A stretch of DNA of 64,000 bases from Chlorokybus atmophyticus (GCA_009103225.1 RHPI01003389.1:124001-188000); one strand, 5' to 3'. Counted from the first letter of the stretch, positions 10,080-28,419 are shown. Numbers and translations: made by a program. Notes: generated from the sequence alone by a model not told the origin.

Positions 10080-13070
10080 GTTTAAACAAGGTCAAGGTAT
10101 GTCACTTGCGCACCAAGCCACCGAGCCTCCTTGCTGTACAGCAGCTTGGCAAAATATTGATGGTTCTCTAGAACAGATTGAGCGACAACCTGCGCATCCG
10201 ACTCCTGGTGGCAGCGTAAAACCTTTGTGCAGAAGTACCTGTTGCTTCTTGCTGGCGGTTGATGATAGTCTGCATAACAACCCGAGCAAAACTGCAGTCA
10301 ACATCTGACGCCTGCCTTGGTCATAATACGTGCGAAGCAACATCAGACATGTTCTCGTACCTGCTTAACTTGTTGATTCTGAACAAACAAGAGCGCCACA
10401 GCCAACCAACCAGCAGCTGCAATCAGTGCGAGCAGCAGCAACACCATGTTGGCAGCAGCCATGTAGAGGAATATGGCTGGCGCAACAGCGACCAGAACAA
10501 ACATGGGAGTGCCCATCTGTTGACGCATAGTGGCGATTGTCCTCAACACCTTGTCACTCAACCCTACTGGCATCCCAGACATATTCATGGACATATTCAT
10601 GGACTTGATGGGGGAAGGCTGGTACTGAGGCGCAGGCGTATACGCAGGGGGCGCAGCTAGGGCCCTCCTAACGGGGATAGGGGGAGACTGGTAGTGTACT
10701 GGAGATGGCGTCGGGGCGGGTGACTTCACGGGTTTAACAGGCGATTGATGCTGCTGCACTTCTTCAACCACAGCACGAACAAGCTCTCGCATAATCTGGA
10801 CCGCCTGCCCTGGATCGGGATCCTGTGTGCGCTTGGCATTCCTCTCCTCGACCTCGGGAGAGCGCACACGATATGATGAGCTGGGTGATGCGCGGGGATC
10901 TGGACCCGCTCCAACTGATACAGGAGAGAATGGGCGCTCTGCGGCATTCTCTTGTCGAAGGGGAGGACCACTAGAGTAGTCCTGCACCCCGCTCGGACCG
11001 CTCCAAGATGGGCGCGTGTCCATGCGCGCCGTCCTATCATATGTGTCTCTGGACAACTCGTACACGCTGTCGGATGCTCTACCAGCACCAAATCCGGGTT
11101 CTGGCGGTTTGAGTGCATAGGGCTTTGCAGCGTTCATCCTGTAGGAGTCCATCGCTGACTGCTCCCCGGGTGACACGGTTATGAAAGCAGCTTGGCTGGT
11201 GCCATTATACCCATCATACCTGTCACCGCCAGCCATGTACTTGGTGATGTCGTCGTCATCATCGGTTCTTGCTGTGCGCGCAGGGCGGCCCAGGGCATTG
11301 GTGTCCTTTGCCGCAGGTGCAATTGAATAACCTCTGCCAGCAGCATAAGCGCCGACACTGTCTGCGCTGTCGCGTAGGCCAGCATAATCAGCGCTTTTAG
11401 CTGCAAGGCGCCCCTCTGGGAAGCGTGGCCTACGGAATTCAGAGTCGTGTGATGGCTCATCCTGCTCAATAATGGTTTCCAAACCCCACTGAATCCTCAC
11501 ACCATCTGCATCATACTGCTCAGGTGCTATTGTCCACGGCTGCTCCTCGGGATCTCCACCAGAAGATGACCCATCTCCCCACTATGCATAGAGGCTATAA
11601 TGAGCTGACTGCAACAGCAGGGGACAAACACAGTGGTGCTAGCAAATGCAGCGGTGACCATGCAGTTTTCCTGTTGTACACTCAAACTTACGCTGGCCTT
11701 ATCGTCGTCGTCATACTGTGACATCTGCAGCTCTGTCTGCAATACCATGTGCAATTTTGTCAAATGTCACAACCTGGCTGAACCAGCATGGTGCAGTAGG
11801 CCAACATGCACGAATAAGAACTCAGCTCAGCGTGATCAACTTGCTCAGATGAAGCTGACACTACTAACCATAATAACCAAGACGACATCACAACACATGA
11901 TGTGCCCAAGCAGTACTATGCAGCACAGCGACCTTGGGTGTCTCATCGCTGTATCTTTGACCTTCCCTCTTTGCACCAGACTTGCGCGGTTGGGATTCAT
12001 CACTCTTCCGAGCTTCATCGGTTCTGCGAGCTGTGGTTTTGCCTCCAGACGCTGGACCTGATACCCAAGCTGTTAGCCATGCGCGTGTTGTCAGCGAGAC
12101 CTTGGGCAAAATGGCGCATGCTTGCCTTTTTCTTTGTCAGTGCGCTTTGGAGTTGGTGCCCGAGGTTTGCTTGCACGCGGGGCAAACATTGTGCCTCTGG
12201 CCTGCAATACAAAAACTAAGCAATCCGCAGATTTTGCAACATATAGGCACTGGGAGACAGCTTTAATACATCTGAGCAAATAACGAAACTGCAATCACGA
12301 GTGCAACTCTTCAAAAGTGTAAGGCTGATGCCCTACGCCTTACCGAGATACGTACATAAAAATACACATGCTGAACTGTGCCAGCAAGACTGTAAGGAGC
12401 AAGCATGATGTGAATGTGTCAACTGAGCGGAAAACTGCACGACATGCACAACACCATTACCAAAGCCAGCCAAACATCAGCGCTGACTCAAACAGAGAAC
12501 ATGTATCCGCAAGAAAACACCAATCAATTGCTAGCGTTGCATTCCAAGTCATGCAGCACGCTTGGCGCAAAACCCTAATACCAGCAATGCAAACAAGAGC
12601 ATGAACTGAACGCCTATACCCTTGCAACACCAGAGCGCGTCAGCAGCAGGACCTTGCCGTCAGCTCAGCTTCACACAAGCCACCCGCAGTGCTAGCCACA
12701 GAACCGCTCCCACAGCGCCGCCTACTCCTGCTCGCCGATAAGACCAGCAAACCCTTCTTCACGTTGTCCACTCAAATCCCCAGCAACCAACCGGCCGTCG
12801 CCCGCCGCCACACCCTCAATCCCACCACAGCTCCTCAACCACCCTTCTTCTTCGGCTCCTCAACGCCCCTCCCGCCCACGACAACGCCAGCGGCGACGGC
12901 GGCGGCGGCGGCGGCGGCAGCTTGCGCGTGCTGTGTGGCCGCGTGTTGCGCATGCTGGCCAGTAGTAGCGCAGAAACAGCCGACACTGGAGCGTGCGCGT
13001 CGGCGGTCGGCACATGGTCCGTGCACCGACACACGTTGGGTCTCTCACCCTCTGTTGCTCGGACTTGCAT
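10080..13070 (-). CDS. Unknown protein with a long low-complexity or disordered region and a C-terminal hydrophobic hairpin (boundaries approximate)
   Basis: 1.1-kb stop-free exon (10343-11500) ending in FVLVAVAPAIFLYMAAANMVLLLLALIAAAGWLAVALLF; small flanking exons with GT/AG edges (GPASGGKTTARR..., TIINRQQEAT, VVAQSVLENHQYFAKLLY); GC-rich 5' island near 12.8-13.1 kb. Confidence 0.55.
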
Positions 13071-13583
13071 GTTTCATGTCGCGGGGTCGCAGCAACACTG
13101 AGATTGCAAGTGGCGCGAAGCTCTTTGGCAAACAGCGCACCTTTTCGCTTCTCCGTTCTGAAGTACATTTTCCGGCGTTAGGGCAAGCCCCTTAACCATA
13201 AATGTTGATAGCGGATATCTAAGTGAATCAAGTGGATGTATGTGCTTTTGCCTGCGGTTTACGTGCTGTTTGACCTCAAAGGACTGATACAGAAGGTAAG
13301 ACGGTTAGCTGTTCAACCAGCCTTGTGCTAGATGGCGAACTGCGGTTAGCTGCTTAACTGCTGACCTTGTCTGCTTTGCGCAAAGACTCTAACCGCCGCT
13401 CAAGTTTGTGCACGCGCCGTCGATCGACAGGCTGATCGGACGGCGACGCAAACCGTGATCTTTCAAACAGTCGCTAAAGGGCAGCAATTGTCGCTGTTAG
13501 CGGAATTGACAGCAGTAACATGCTGACGCCGGTAGCGAGATGTTTGCTTGGAAGCCGCATCACAGGGTTGCGCAGCGTGAGGA

Positions 13584-13592
13584 TTAGGGTTT
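13584..13592 (+). promoter_or_regulatory. Telo-box (TTAGGGTTT) in the actin promoter/leader region
   Basis: Exact plant telo-box upstream of the leader-intron donor at 13807; this motif is known from plant 5' regions. Confidence 0.45.
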
Positions 13593-14440
13593 GACGCCGA
13601 CGCGCAGTGCTTCTTTGCTGGGATTGGCGCAGGCGGGCGTCTGAGCTTGGTTGTTTGAAACAAAACAGCTGTCGCGCCAACAGCAGCAGTGCAGTAGTCC
13701 CAGTGGTCATTGTTGCCGCCGCCGCCATCACCGCGGCAGCCGCCTCCTTTTGGGCTGAGGAGCCAGGTTATCATCAGCTACTGCAGAGTTTCCCGCCTTT
13801 CAGCCGGTAACTTGACGCTGATTGCGGCTACTGCTGCTGCTTCATGCAGGCGGCCGTAAGCTTGGTCCATTGCGCTTGATCGGGTAGTCGTTTTGGTTGG
13901 CTTGGGGGCTGTGGCCAATAAATCGTGCATCAACTGACTATTGAAAGATCATGCTACCTTGTTGTGCGTTGTATGCGCACCTTTACAACACTATCAGTTG
14001 CATTGGCTCGTACTTCGGGTGACGCCCGGCAGTGCTTGTGGCAATGCGGCGTTACATGTACTGCTGTCAACAGTGAATCGCTGCCCAGTGCCCGCCTACT
14101 GTTAGCTGCGGCATCGATTATGTGCACGGTTATGTTGGTGAACTGATGGGCTAACCTAGCAGTTGTTGTTGTCATTGTTACTGGCTGATCCCCCAGTGTT
14201 TGCTGTGCTGTAGCTTTTGGAGCTGTTGTAGGCAGCCATGTTATGGTGTGCTGCCTTGCACAGCCATTGGTCAAGTCTAGCAGATGGCCACGCACACGTT
14301 GATTATCAGCTACTTTGGCGTTCCCGTTGCGTTGCGCACCCATGCAGTTTGTCCGCATCGCACATCAAGCAGAGGATTTGTAAGCCCAGCATCCTTTGTG
14401 GTCGGGGAGTGCGGACTGACTGTTGCTTATGCAGGTTGAA

Positions 14441-16623
<2,183 letters not shown>

Positions 16624-17559
16624 ATTGCCTGCATGGGCCGCAATTTTGTGTGCGTCTTACACGCGCACAGTTTGGGAAGCTGGGACGAATGCATTCAGCA
16701 AAGCCGCAGTGCTGTGAGGCGTGGCTCGCGCAGTCTGTGACTACGCTTGTATCTGTAATTCACCTAGTGCGTCACATAAAGAACATTAGCATCAATGTTA
16801 CTGTCCCTGCATGTAGGCCATGCAGTAATTGCATGGACGTAGCACGGTTGCACAGAGATGTTGGACTTGTACTCATTGTGTGTTGCTGAGGTGTTATGAC
16901 TTGGGTGCGCAGACAGGGTGTAATTGATGTGCACGAAGGGCAGTCTACCTCTTGGCTATTGCTTTGAGTGCATGTGCCGGGTGAGCCTGTCAGGTATCAA
17001 CACCTTGTGCTCTGTTGGAAATATTAGTGTTCGAGAGACCAACAGGCTAATAGACAGGTCTGTACTTCCCTCTCATTGGCTTTGTGTGGAATGCAGGTGT
17101 TCGTTGTAGAGTGTGCTTAGTAGTTTCGACATGCACATGCCCGCGAATTGTGATGTGCAAAAGGTAGCACTTATGTCATGCATCTTCGCAATGTTTGCAA
17201 CAGTTGTTCTGGCATCCAGATGAAGGTGCAAGTGCACTGCTACAAATCAGAATTTTTCATGCATTATTCCCTCCTGCCGTGTCATGCGTATTGTTTCAAA
17301 ATTTTCTCACACATGAAATAGTATCCTATGAGAGCCGATTTTGGGACAAGCATGCATCCATCACAAATCTTTTCTCTAAAGAGACTACGATGACTGTAAG
17401 CAAAACCATACAGCGCCAACAAGCAATACTTGTGTGCAAACACCATCACTGTGGTAGCGTTGTAGTATTCAACAAAAGGGTGGGGGTAGCAAGGCATTGA
17501 GTATGGAGTAGATTTGCACAGACACATCATATGGCACACGCCCACATGCTAACATTATG

Positions 17560-19890
17560 TATCAATGGATTGCATGTGTGAAGGGTCTACAAAGTCTACC
17601 AGTCCTTTGCGGATGTAGCGCAACATGTATGCGTTCATCTAATTGGTTGTGCCATACATAGATCACATCACAGCGGCGCGAGGCACATTCTCAAATAACG
17701 TGCATGCACGCCAAAAAGCACAGCCACAAGCAACAAACACATCACTCAATTAGACGGGGGCCAAGGCAGAGTTTCAACTCTAGAACTTACCGCCTTCAAG
17801 AAGAAGTTCTAGACCCTCATGCAGCGGGGGAAGCAAAGAAACCAGGACTTAACAACGGTAACCAACTGCAGAACGCAGGGGAGAGGCAGAAGGAGAGGTT
17901 AGCCCTTGTAGCCTTGCCATCGCCAGCATGCACGACGACGTTACAAGCTTGGCCCCCCGCCGAAGAATGTCCGCCGCTATAGCTTCTAAACGCTCTTCGG
18001 TCTTACCATTACTGCCTGTTAGCACATCTTGTAACACAGTTAAAACCCCCACATGCCATGTGTTGGATTATCACCGTTGTTTTTACAGAGTCATCACTCA
18101 GCATGTGCCTCACCCAAGTTATCAGCATTCTGGCAGTTGGCATAACTCAGCATACACTCCCAGTATATCATCAATAATGCGACAGCATGCATGAGACCCT
18201 ACATGCGCAACCATGTATTCGCACATGGCAAATGCATGGTTGCTTGCTTGGTTTGGGTGCACCCAAACCAAGCCAGCAAACAAGCCAAAAAATAAGTTAT
18301 CATATACACGTCTTGCGTTGCGCCAGTTTCGCTGCTTGCCCTTGCTCTACTGCTTGCCTGCCTGTCCGCCTTCACCGTTTCCTTCGCCTTGCATACACTT
18401 AACTACAAGCATGCACATAGTCTAATCGCCCTGGCCGCTTGTAAGTGATTGTGCATGTGTATGTTGATGTGTGCAATTGCTATTGCGCATGCGTGTGGGA
18501 TTGGTGACAGCACTAGCTGTGGGTCACATGCTAGCCGAGCGCGCATATTTTGGGCATGCGCAGTGAAGCTGTGTGAGGTGGTGAACTCTAGCGTCTCATT
18601 TCTTTTTAACTGCGTATGCATGTGCATGCTTGCTTGTGCCCAATGTGTGTTTGTACTTGTGTGCGGTTTGTGCTTGAGTGCGGACTTGCATCAGCAGTAC
18701 TTGGTTAGCATATACACGCTGCTTGCCTAAGGGACTGAAAAACATCATGCAACACGCTATGCCAAGCTCACACAACACATGCATATCGTTAATAGGCTTC
18801 TCCATTCATGCGCTCACACTATGCCAGATGCAAACACACATGCATAGAATTTGCATGTGTTATGTGAGCATTGCATATATTCTACACAAGTACAACACCA
18901 AGAGCACAACCTGTATTCACACACCACCACCTCTATGCTATGGAGGCTTTCTCTAGACTAGTCTACGTAAATGTAAATGCAAGTGCAAGTGCAAAAGACT
19001 AAATAGGGCAAGCAGAGGAGGAGCGGGCATCACCTGCAACCGAGCGCAGGCTTGCTCGCTTGCTTGTGCTCGTATGTGCTTGCACTTGTGTGCTTGAGTG
19101 CGGACTTGCATCACCACTTCAGCCTATACACCAGAGGGCTGGCTAAGGGCCTAATGCAAAGCAAGTGCAAGCAGCGACAGCAGGGGCGGCGTTGACCGAC
19201 GACGACACAGCAGCAGATGATGCACCTACCTGCGTGGCGGCCCGTCGTGGCAGCACCGTCGCTCCCATGTACGATTGACGACGTGGCAGCGGACGCGGAG
19301 TGGTAGTGGACGACACGACCGCCACTGCCGCCGCTGACAGTGCCGTGCAACGCATGCTCGTGTTTGTATGCCTACTGCTGCAAGTGTTTGAACTGCGTCA
19401 CGCCGCTGAGTCCATGCTCGCCTGCACGCAACGGGTTGTCATGGTAGCTGCGCACAACAACAACATTGTTTTGGCAGTGAAAATCTGCCTTGGACCAGCG
19501 GTTATCGGCATGACAACAGCGCACCTCCAAGCCGGCAAGAATGTCCGTGTCCATGCGATCGCCGATGATGATGGTGTGTATGCGCTTTGACTGCAACACC
19601 TCAAGGGCGTGCCGCATAATGAGCGGGTTGGGCTTCCACACATAGTAAGGCTTTACTCCAGCAGCGGATTCTACTGGCGCAATCAGTGCACCAGCAGCTG
19701 GGATCGCCTGATTGGCAGAGCGTAAGCACACGTACACATACTTGGTAAAACGCCGCAACCTAAGGGCCAACCAGCCTGGCCTAATCTCCCCAGAGTGCGT
19801 TGGGCTCGGATCAGTTACGTCGTGGTTTGGCGCCATTGGGTATGAGGTGAATCGCATGGGAGATGGGCTGCTGATGATGACGGTTGGACT
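17560..19890 (-). pseudogene. NagD 3'-half fragment 1 (promoterless, last exon split by an insertion)
   Basis: AGALIAPVESAAGVKPYYVWKPNPLIMRHAL...IGDRMDTDILAGLE; 5' exons absent; last exon split between ~17630 and ~19365. Confidence 0.85.
17633..19364. mobile_element. ~1.7-kb unclassified insertion with a 7-bp target-site duplication
   Basis: TGTATGC at 17626-17632 and at 19365-19371, where the intact NagD exon has one copy; no terminal inverted repeats or coding capacity recognised. Confidence 0.55.
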
Positions 19891-20489
19891 AGTCTGCTGC
19901 TCCATGCAGGCGGTTCTGAGCTTTGTCCATTGCGGTTGGCCTGGGTGCTGTGGTCTGTGAGGTTTTGCAACTACCTTGCTGCTGCAGCAGCATGTCGTCC
20001 TGTTGTGCATTGTTTGCGCATTCTGGCATTCCCATCAGTTGCATTAGCCCCTATTTCCAGTCGCCTTGCAGCGCCTGTGGTGAAGCGATGCCTGCACGCA
20101 CGTCACACGCCCTGCTACCTACCGTTATGTCTGACGTGCTGAGTACCCGCCTACTTTTAGCTGCGGAACCGATCATGTGGCACGGTAATCGGTTGGTGAA
20201 CTGATGATCCAAGCACTTGTACCTGCAACAGGCTTCCTCTGTACTCTGTGTTTTACCCTTTGCAGTTATTGTTGGCAGCCATGTTGTGGTCTCCTTGCAC
20301 ACAGCAATTGTTCAAGTCTAGTAAATGGCGTCGCACATGTTGGCTATTAGTTGTAGCGTGGCGTTCGTTCCCGCTCAAGCACTTCAGTTCAAACAGTTCG
20401 TCTGCATTGAATCATGCAGAGGCTTCTGTCCAGCATTATTTTCGGTCGGCTCACGGACTGACTGCTGACTGCTGGTTACGCAGATTGAA

Positions 20490-22299
<1,810 letters not shown>

Positions 22300-24679
22300 A
22301 TTGTTTGCATGGGCCGCAATTTTGTGTGCGTCTTACACGCGCACAGTCTGGGAAGCTGGGAAGAATGCAGTCAGCAGAGCCACAGTGCTGTGAGGCGTGG
22401 CTCGCGCAGTCTGTGACTATGCTTGTATCTGTAATTCACCAAGTGCGTCACGTAAAGAACATTAGCATCAATGTTACTGTCCCTGCATGTAGGGCGTGCA
22501 GTAATTGCGTGGACGTAGCACCGTTGCACGGAGATGTTGGGCTTGTACTCATTGTGTATTGCTGAGGTGTGATGGGGTGTATTTGATGCGCACGAAGGTG
22601 AATCTACCTCTTGGCTATTGCCTAAGTGCATGTACACACAATGCGCGAGGGATATGTACTAGGTGAGCCGTTAAGTACCAACAGGCTAATAGACATGCCT
22701 GCACACGCCCGTTATTGCAAAAAAAGAAAAAAAAAAAAGCAGTCTTTGGGATGGACTGCAGGATTAGATTGTAAGGTGTGCAGTTTTTGCGTGACAATGC
22801 ACACTGCCCGCGCAGGAGTGTTATGCATAGAGCATCTGAGTGCGCGTGGCTTTACATGCACCCCAGATCTTCATGTCCTGTGCATCAGTTGTGGACGCTT
22901 ACTTTAAGTTCCCTTACATGTTCTGTCTCTGTGTTTCCGTGCATAAGCTGGTTGCTGACGCCGTATCTACCGGTGGCGCTGCAGCAGGATTTCTTTCCTT
23001 CTGCTCAATCAAAGCCAAACTTGCCAGGTGTGACAGGAGACTATTGAGTGGCGAGACCTGTTTATTTCAACTGCAATGGCGATGATGCCAACATGCCCAC
23101 TAACCACCACCCTCGCCAATGCCAAAGGTGATCCCTGGTCCTTGCTGCTGTTCTTCCCCTCCCCCACCCCTCTCCTGCTCGCTCGCTTATGTCTAGTGCA
23201 CGTAGCTAGCATAGAGGGCCCCCCATCTAGTTGTTAGCAGTTGCTTGTTGTTGCTGTGCTGTGCTGTGTTATGCCGTTGCCTTTGTTGCTGCAATGCCAG
23301 TTGCCTTGCCTGATAACATGGCCCCGATGTTGTACCTTATGAACATCAACGATGTTGTTATCCAATACGCTGGCCACACATAACAGACTGTAGAGCTGCG
23401 TGAAGCACACTCTGAGAGATGGGTGTGCTTCTACCTAGGGCATCATAATAAAAAACAAGCACATGAATCACATGGAGAGATGAGGCATTAAGCGTTTTAC
23501 AACCACACACAGCGGCCGTGGTGCCAGTGACTCCATGCATGCATGCTGGTCTAACGGGGGTCACGCAGCAGTGAAGCTAGGTAGTGAGTTGGTTGCTGAC
23601 TGTGTGTAGCTCGTTAGTTAATAAGTGAATGTTGCCGTGTGCATTGCGTTTGCATGTGTACTGTGAATTGAATGTGTCAGCACGGTCACATGCATCACAT
23701 TGCATATTTCCTGCACATGGCCTCACGGCGCATGCCTAGAACAGGCAAGCTCAGCTAGCATCTCACTTACCTAGTGCTGTCATACTACCCACATGGTAGC
23801 AAGCAGTGCAATTAGCACAGTAACAGCTAGCACAGCACTCGAGCAAGCAGGGGTTAAGACCGAGCTTTACAACAACAATACATCCGCCATTAATGCAGAT
23901 GCAGTTGCACACCTCCAACAAGCCAGCAATATGTTGTACAATCATATACTTCAAAGGGCTGGCTAGAAGCTTAGTGCTGCATAATAATGCAACCAAGTGC
24001 AAGCAGCAACGGCAATGTGTAGAAAATATGCAATGTAGTGCATGTGACCGTGCTGACACATGCAAACCGCAGGCGGCGTCGACAGATCAATGACCACGAC
24101 GGCAATAGTAAGACACGCAAGTGCTGACGATGGACAACCTACGTGGCAATTTGTATGGTTTTATTATATAGGCTTTTCGGTGGTCTTGATGCAAGCGTGC
24201 TCACACGCGCATGCAAGCAACCAATAAACACAACCCGTATGAGAGTGTGCACGCATGACTGAGGGGGGGAGAAGGGGCCGTAATCTGCGCAACAGGTGTC
24301 GCGTATGGCATGCAGCACCATAATTATAATTATAGCATAAATTCAAGCCGGCACACAATGACGCAAGTGCAATACTGCAAATTAAAATGTTTGCGATGTT
24401 CTCTCCTGCCATGACAGTGTCCTAAATGAAAGAAGACTTCAAGAAGCATGCATCTGTCGCAAACAGTTTGATTGAAGATTGCAATGACTAAGCAAACCCA
24501 TACAACGCTGACAAGCAATTATTTTATGCGTTCGTGCAAACACCATCAGTAATGTAGCATTGAACTATCCAACAAAAAGGTGGGAGCGGTAAGGTCTTGG
24601 TTATGGATTTGATTTGCACGGACACATTGTAAGCCACACGACCACGGGCAAATATAATGTGTCATTTCATTGCCTGTGG

Positions 24680-25290
24680 TGAGGGTCTATAAGGTCTACC
24701 GGGAAGGTACTAGTCCATTGAGGATGAAGCGCGGCATGTATGTATGCTGCAAGTGTTCCAACTGCGTCACGCCACTCAGCACCAGTCAGCAGCCGATGCT
24801 CGCCTGTACGCAAAGGGTTGCCAGGGTAGCTGCGCACAATAACACTTTTTCCTGCGTAGTCAAAATTGCCTTCGACCAGAGGGTTAGGCGTGACAAGCGC
24901 ACCTTCAAACCGGCAAGAATGTCCGTGTCCATGCGATCACCGATGGTAATTGTGTCTAAGCGCTTTGGCTGCAACACCTCCAGAGCGTGCCGCATCATGA
25001 GCGGGTTGGGCTTCCCCACATAGCACGGCTTCACTCCAGCAGCGGACTCTACGGGCGCAATCAGTGCACCAGCAGCTGGGATCACCTGAGCGGCAAAGAG
25101 TAAGCACACGTACACACATATACTGGATACAACGCCTCAATCCAATCAGCCTGGCCTGACCTCCCCAGGGTGCTTTGGTCTCGGATTAGTCACGTCGTGG
25201 TTTGTTCCGATCAGCTTGGCGCCATTATGTATGAGGTGAACCGCATGGAAGATGCGCTCACAATTGCCACACGATGATGGCGGTTGGACT
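24680..25290 (-). pseudogene. NagD 3'-half fragment 2
   Basis: GAKLIGTNHDV...VIPAAGALIAPVESAAGVKPCYVGKPNPLMMRHAL...GDRMDTDILAGLK; stop or indel early in the last exon; 5' half absent. Confidence 0.88.
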
Positions 25291-25854
25291 TAGTTTTATG
25301 CTCCATGCAGGCGGCTCTGAGCTTTGCTCATTGCGATTGGCCTGGGTGCTGTGGTCAGTGACGTTGTGCAGCTACCTTGCTGCTGCACTCTGGCATTTCT
25401 ATCGGTTGCATTAGCCCCTATTTCCAGTGACGTCTTGCAGCGCTTGCGGTGAAGCAATGCCTGCACGCACGTCACACGCACTGCTGTACACCGGTATGCG
25501 TGACGTGCTGAGTCCCCCTACTTTTAGCTACGGGCTTGATCATGTGGCACGGTAATAGGTTGGTGAACTGATGGACCAAGCAGTTGTACCTGTAACAGGC
25601 TTCCCCTGCAGCATTCCGTGTTGTAGCCCTTTGAAGCTATCTTGGCGGCCATGTTGTGGTTGCCTTGCAATTTTTCAAGTCTAGCGGATGGTCGCGCACA
25701 TGTCGGCTATGAGCTGTGGCGTGGCTTTCGTATTTTGTTTTGCGCTCGAGAACCTCAGTCCATGCAGTTCGTCTGCGTTGCAAATCATGCAAAGGATCTG
25801 TCCAGCATCACTTTTACTCGGATCACGGTCTGACTGTTGGTTACGCAGGTTGAG

Positions 25855-27259
25855 ATGCCGATGGAGGAGCAGGATATCCAGGCACTTGTCTGCGACAATG
25901 GCTCCGGCATGGTCAAGGTACGATTTGTCCCTACATTATAACCTGTGACACTTCTGCTTTGCTGTTGCAATGACACAGACAAGTGATTCCTGCTTGTCCA
26001 TTCAGGCTCGATTCGCTGGCGATGACGCACCGAGGGCTGTTGTCCCAAGTATGGTCGGCCGCTCGAAGCACAAGAGGGTTATGGTGGGCAAGGGGCAGAA
26101 AGATGCCGATGTTGGAGATGAGGCGCAGGCGAGCAAGAGGAATATCCTGGCGCTGAAGTACCCAATTGAGCATGGCATTGTTCACAGACAGGGACGACAT
26201 GGAGAAGATCTGGCACCATACTTTCTACAACGAGCTTCATGTCGCTCCAGAAGAGCATCCAGTGTTGCTGACTGATTGGGACAGTGAATCCCAAGGCCAA
26301 CCGTGAGACGATGACCGAAAGCATGTTTGAGACCTTCAATGTTCCAGCCATGTCAATTCAGGCTGTCCTCTTCCTATATGCCAGCGCACCACTGGTGAGT
26401 GTTGCTACAGAGCATGTGCCTTGTTGCTCAAACCACTGCTTACTCGCGCTGCACGACGTGGGTTATTAATCAGGCTGTATGCATACGCGAGGTTGTTGCA
26501 ATCAATTTGCATTGTCTGCCCAACGTCTGTCTGGTGTTGCTTGCTTGCTTGGCGGTGCATCAGGTGTCCTGCTACTGTTTCCTGCAGGCACTGTGTTGGA
26601 TTCTGGTGATGGTGTCACGCACACTGTGCCCATCTATGAGGGTTATACTCTACAACATGCTATCCTTAGCGTGAACCTCGCTGGCCGAGACATGATAAGC
26701 ATTCCTGAAGACCGTGGATACTCATTCACCACCTCTGCTGAGCGTGAAATCGTTCGTGACATGATGGAAAATCTTGCGAATGTCGCACTGGACTACGAGC
26801 AGGAGATGCAGACAGCCACCTCCAGCTCCCATCTTGAAAAGACATATGACTTGCCAGATGACCAGGTACACTGTTCAGGCGTTTCACAGAAAGCAGTGTC
26901 TGTTTGCTCACCTGTCACACACCCAGTTGGTGCAGACCAAATGCAACCAGTTCTTGGGTTGTCGCCTGTTTGCTAAGTATCCTTTGATTGGATGTAACTG
27001 GTTTTTGTTGCACAGGTCATCACTGTTGGCAGTGAGCGCTTCCGTTCCGGTGCCCAGAGGTGCTCTTCTCACCCTCGCTGGTGGGCATGGAGTCCGTTGG
27101 CATCCACGAGACAACTCCATCCTGAAGTATGATGTTGATTGTCGCAAGGATCTGTATGGCAACATTGTGTTGTCCGGTGGCTCAACAATGTTCCCTGGCA
27201 TTGCTGATCGTATGAACAAGGAGATTGCTCTGCTCGCCCCAAGCAGCATGAAGATCAAG
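25855..27259 (+). pseudogene. Actin pseudogene (copy 3), frameshifted and 3'-truncated
   Basis: Frameshift at ~26180, several deletions and insertions (~26350, ~26385, ~26690, ~27045, ~27110); last two exons missing and replaced by repeat DNA from ~27290. Confidence 0.93.
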
Positions 27260-27359
27260 GTATGATTACGCCCTCAATTACAGTTTTGCACATACACGTA
27301 AAACAGGCAGGCAACATGCACAATGTGAAGCATGCCACATATCACTTGCACTCGTACTA

Positions 27360-28145
27360 CAACACCACCGGGTTACTCTATCTACCACTAGGACACTACA
27401 AGTACCTGCCCCATTAGTCATGCAGGCATGCATAGGGTATAAGTCAGATTGCATACATGCACATACACGCTCCCACAAACTAGCTAGAGGCAAGCAAGCA
27501 AACCAACAGGTAGTCACAGTTATATTACACCCGGGGCACTACTATGCTAAGTGCTTCTATGTGCAATGCAATGAGTGTTGGTGGGTGGTTGAGGCAGGCA
27601 GCAGCGGCAGCAGGGCGTACGTACGAAGCAACCAAAGCAGCAACCAACCTGAGGTGCACAGGTCGGCAACAGTTAGCGTAGTGGTAGAGGAGGCAGAAGC
27701 AAGCAGTTGGATGTGACGTTGTATGCTGTGTGTTTGCTGTGCTCTACGCCCGCCCCCTTCCCCGCCACACTTTCAGCGTCATGGTTCTTTTGCGGCGGGA
27801 AGCTGGTCTTATGTGTCGTGGCGGCCAGCGCATGAAGGTAGTGAGTTATTGAACAGTAGGCAATAGGCATTAGCCATTAATTGCCACAGTAGGCACCGCA
27901 TCGTAGTATGAGTGTCACTGCATCAGTTAGTATTGCGTTGCATATTCACAACATCAGCAGCAGCACCAGCAGCAATAGCATCAATAGCACAGCATGGCAT
28001 AGCATGTCTAGCCCCTATCAGACTCACAATTTCCTGCCCCATTAGTCATGCATGCATAGTCAGGTTGGTCACCTGCACCATGTTTGTGCATTCGCATTGT
28101 GGTTATCATGGACTTGTTTTGTTAGGTTAGAGTTACAGTTTCGAC

Positions 28146-28199
<54 letters not shown>

Positions 28200-28419
28200 G
28201 CACACAGATACCTCTGGCTAACTCTCCTTTCAACTAGCTCATCAAGCTTGTATGCTAGATGTGCACGCCTGGCTATGATCAACAACCTAATTCACAAGCA
28301 CGCACATGCGTGCAGGTAATAACCGTTGTGACCATGCATGCATGACTAACGGGGTAGGTGAATAGTTAGTATCATACTTAGTGCCTAGCAGTAGGTTAGC
28401 ATGTAGCCCAGTGGTGTTG
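27360..28419. mobile_element. MITE-like element with ~80-bp imperfect terminal inverted repeats and TA flanks
   Basis: TA|CAACACCACCGGGTTAC...ACCTGCCCCATTAGTCATGCA at the left end and its inverted match ...GTAGCCCAGTGGTGTTG|TA at the right end; no ORF. Confidence 0.65.
28149..28197. repeat. (GA)n microsatellite
   Basis: Direct reading. Confidence 0.97.

Noticed and set aside
17779-17813. 10-bp inverted repeat
   Set aside because: Short arms with a 15-nt loop; plausible by chance
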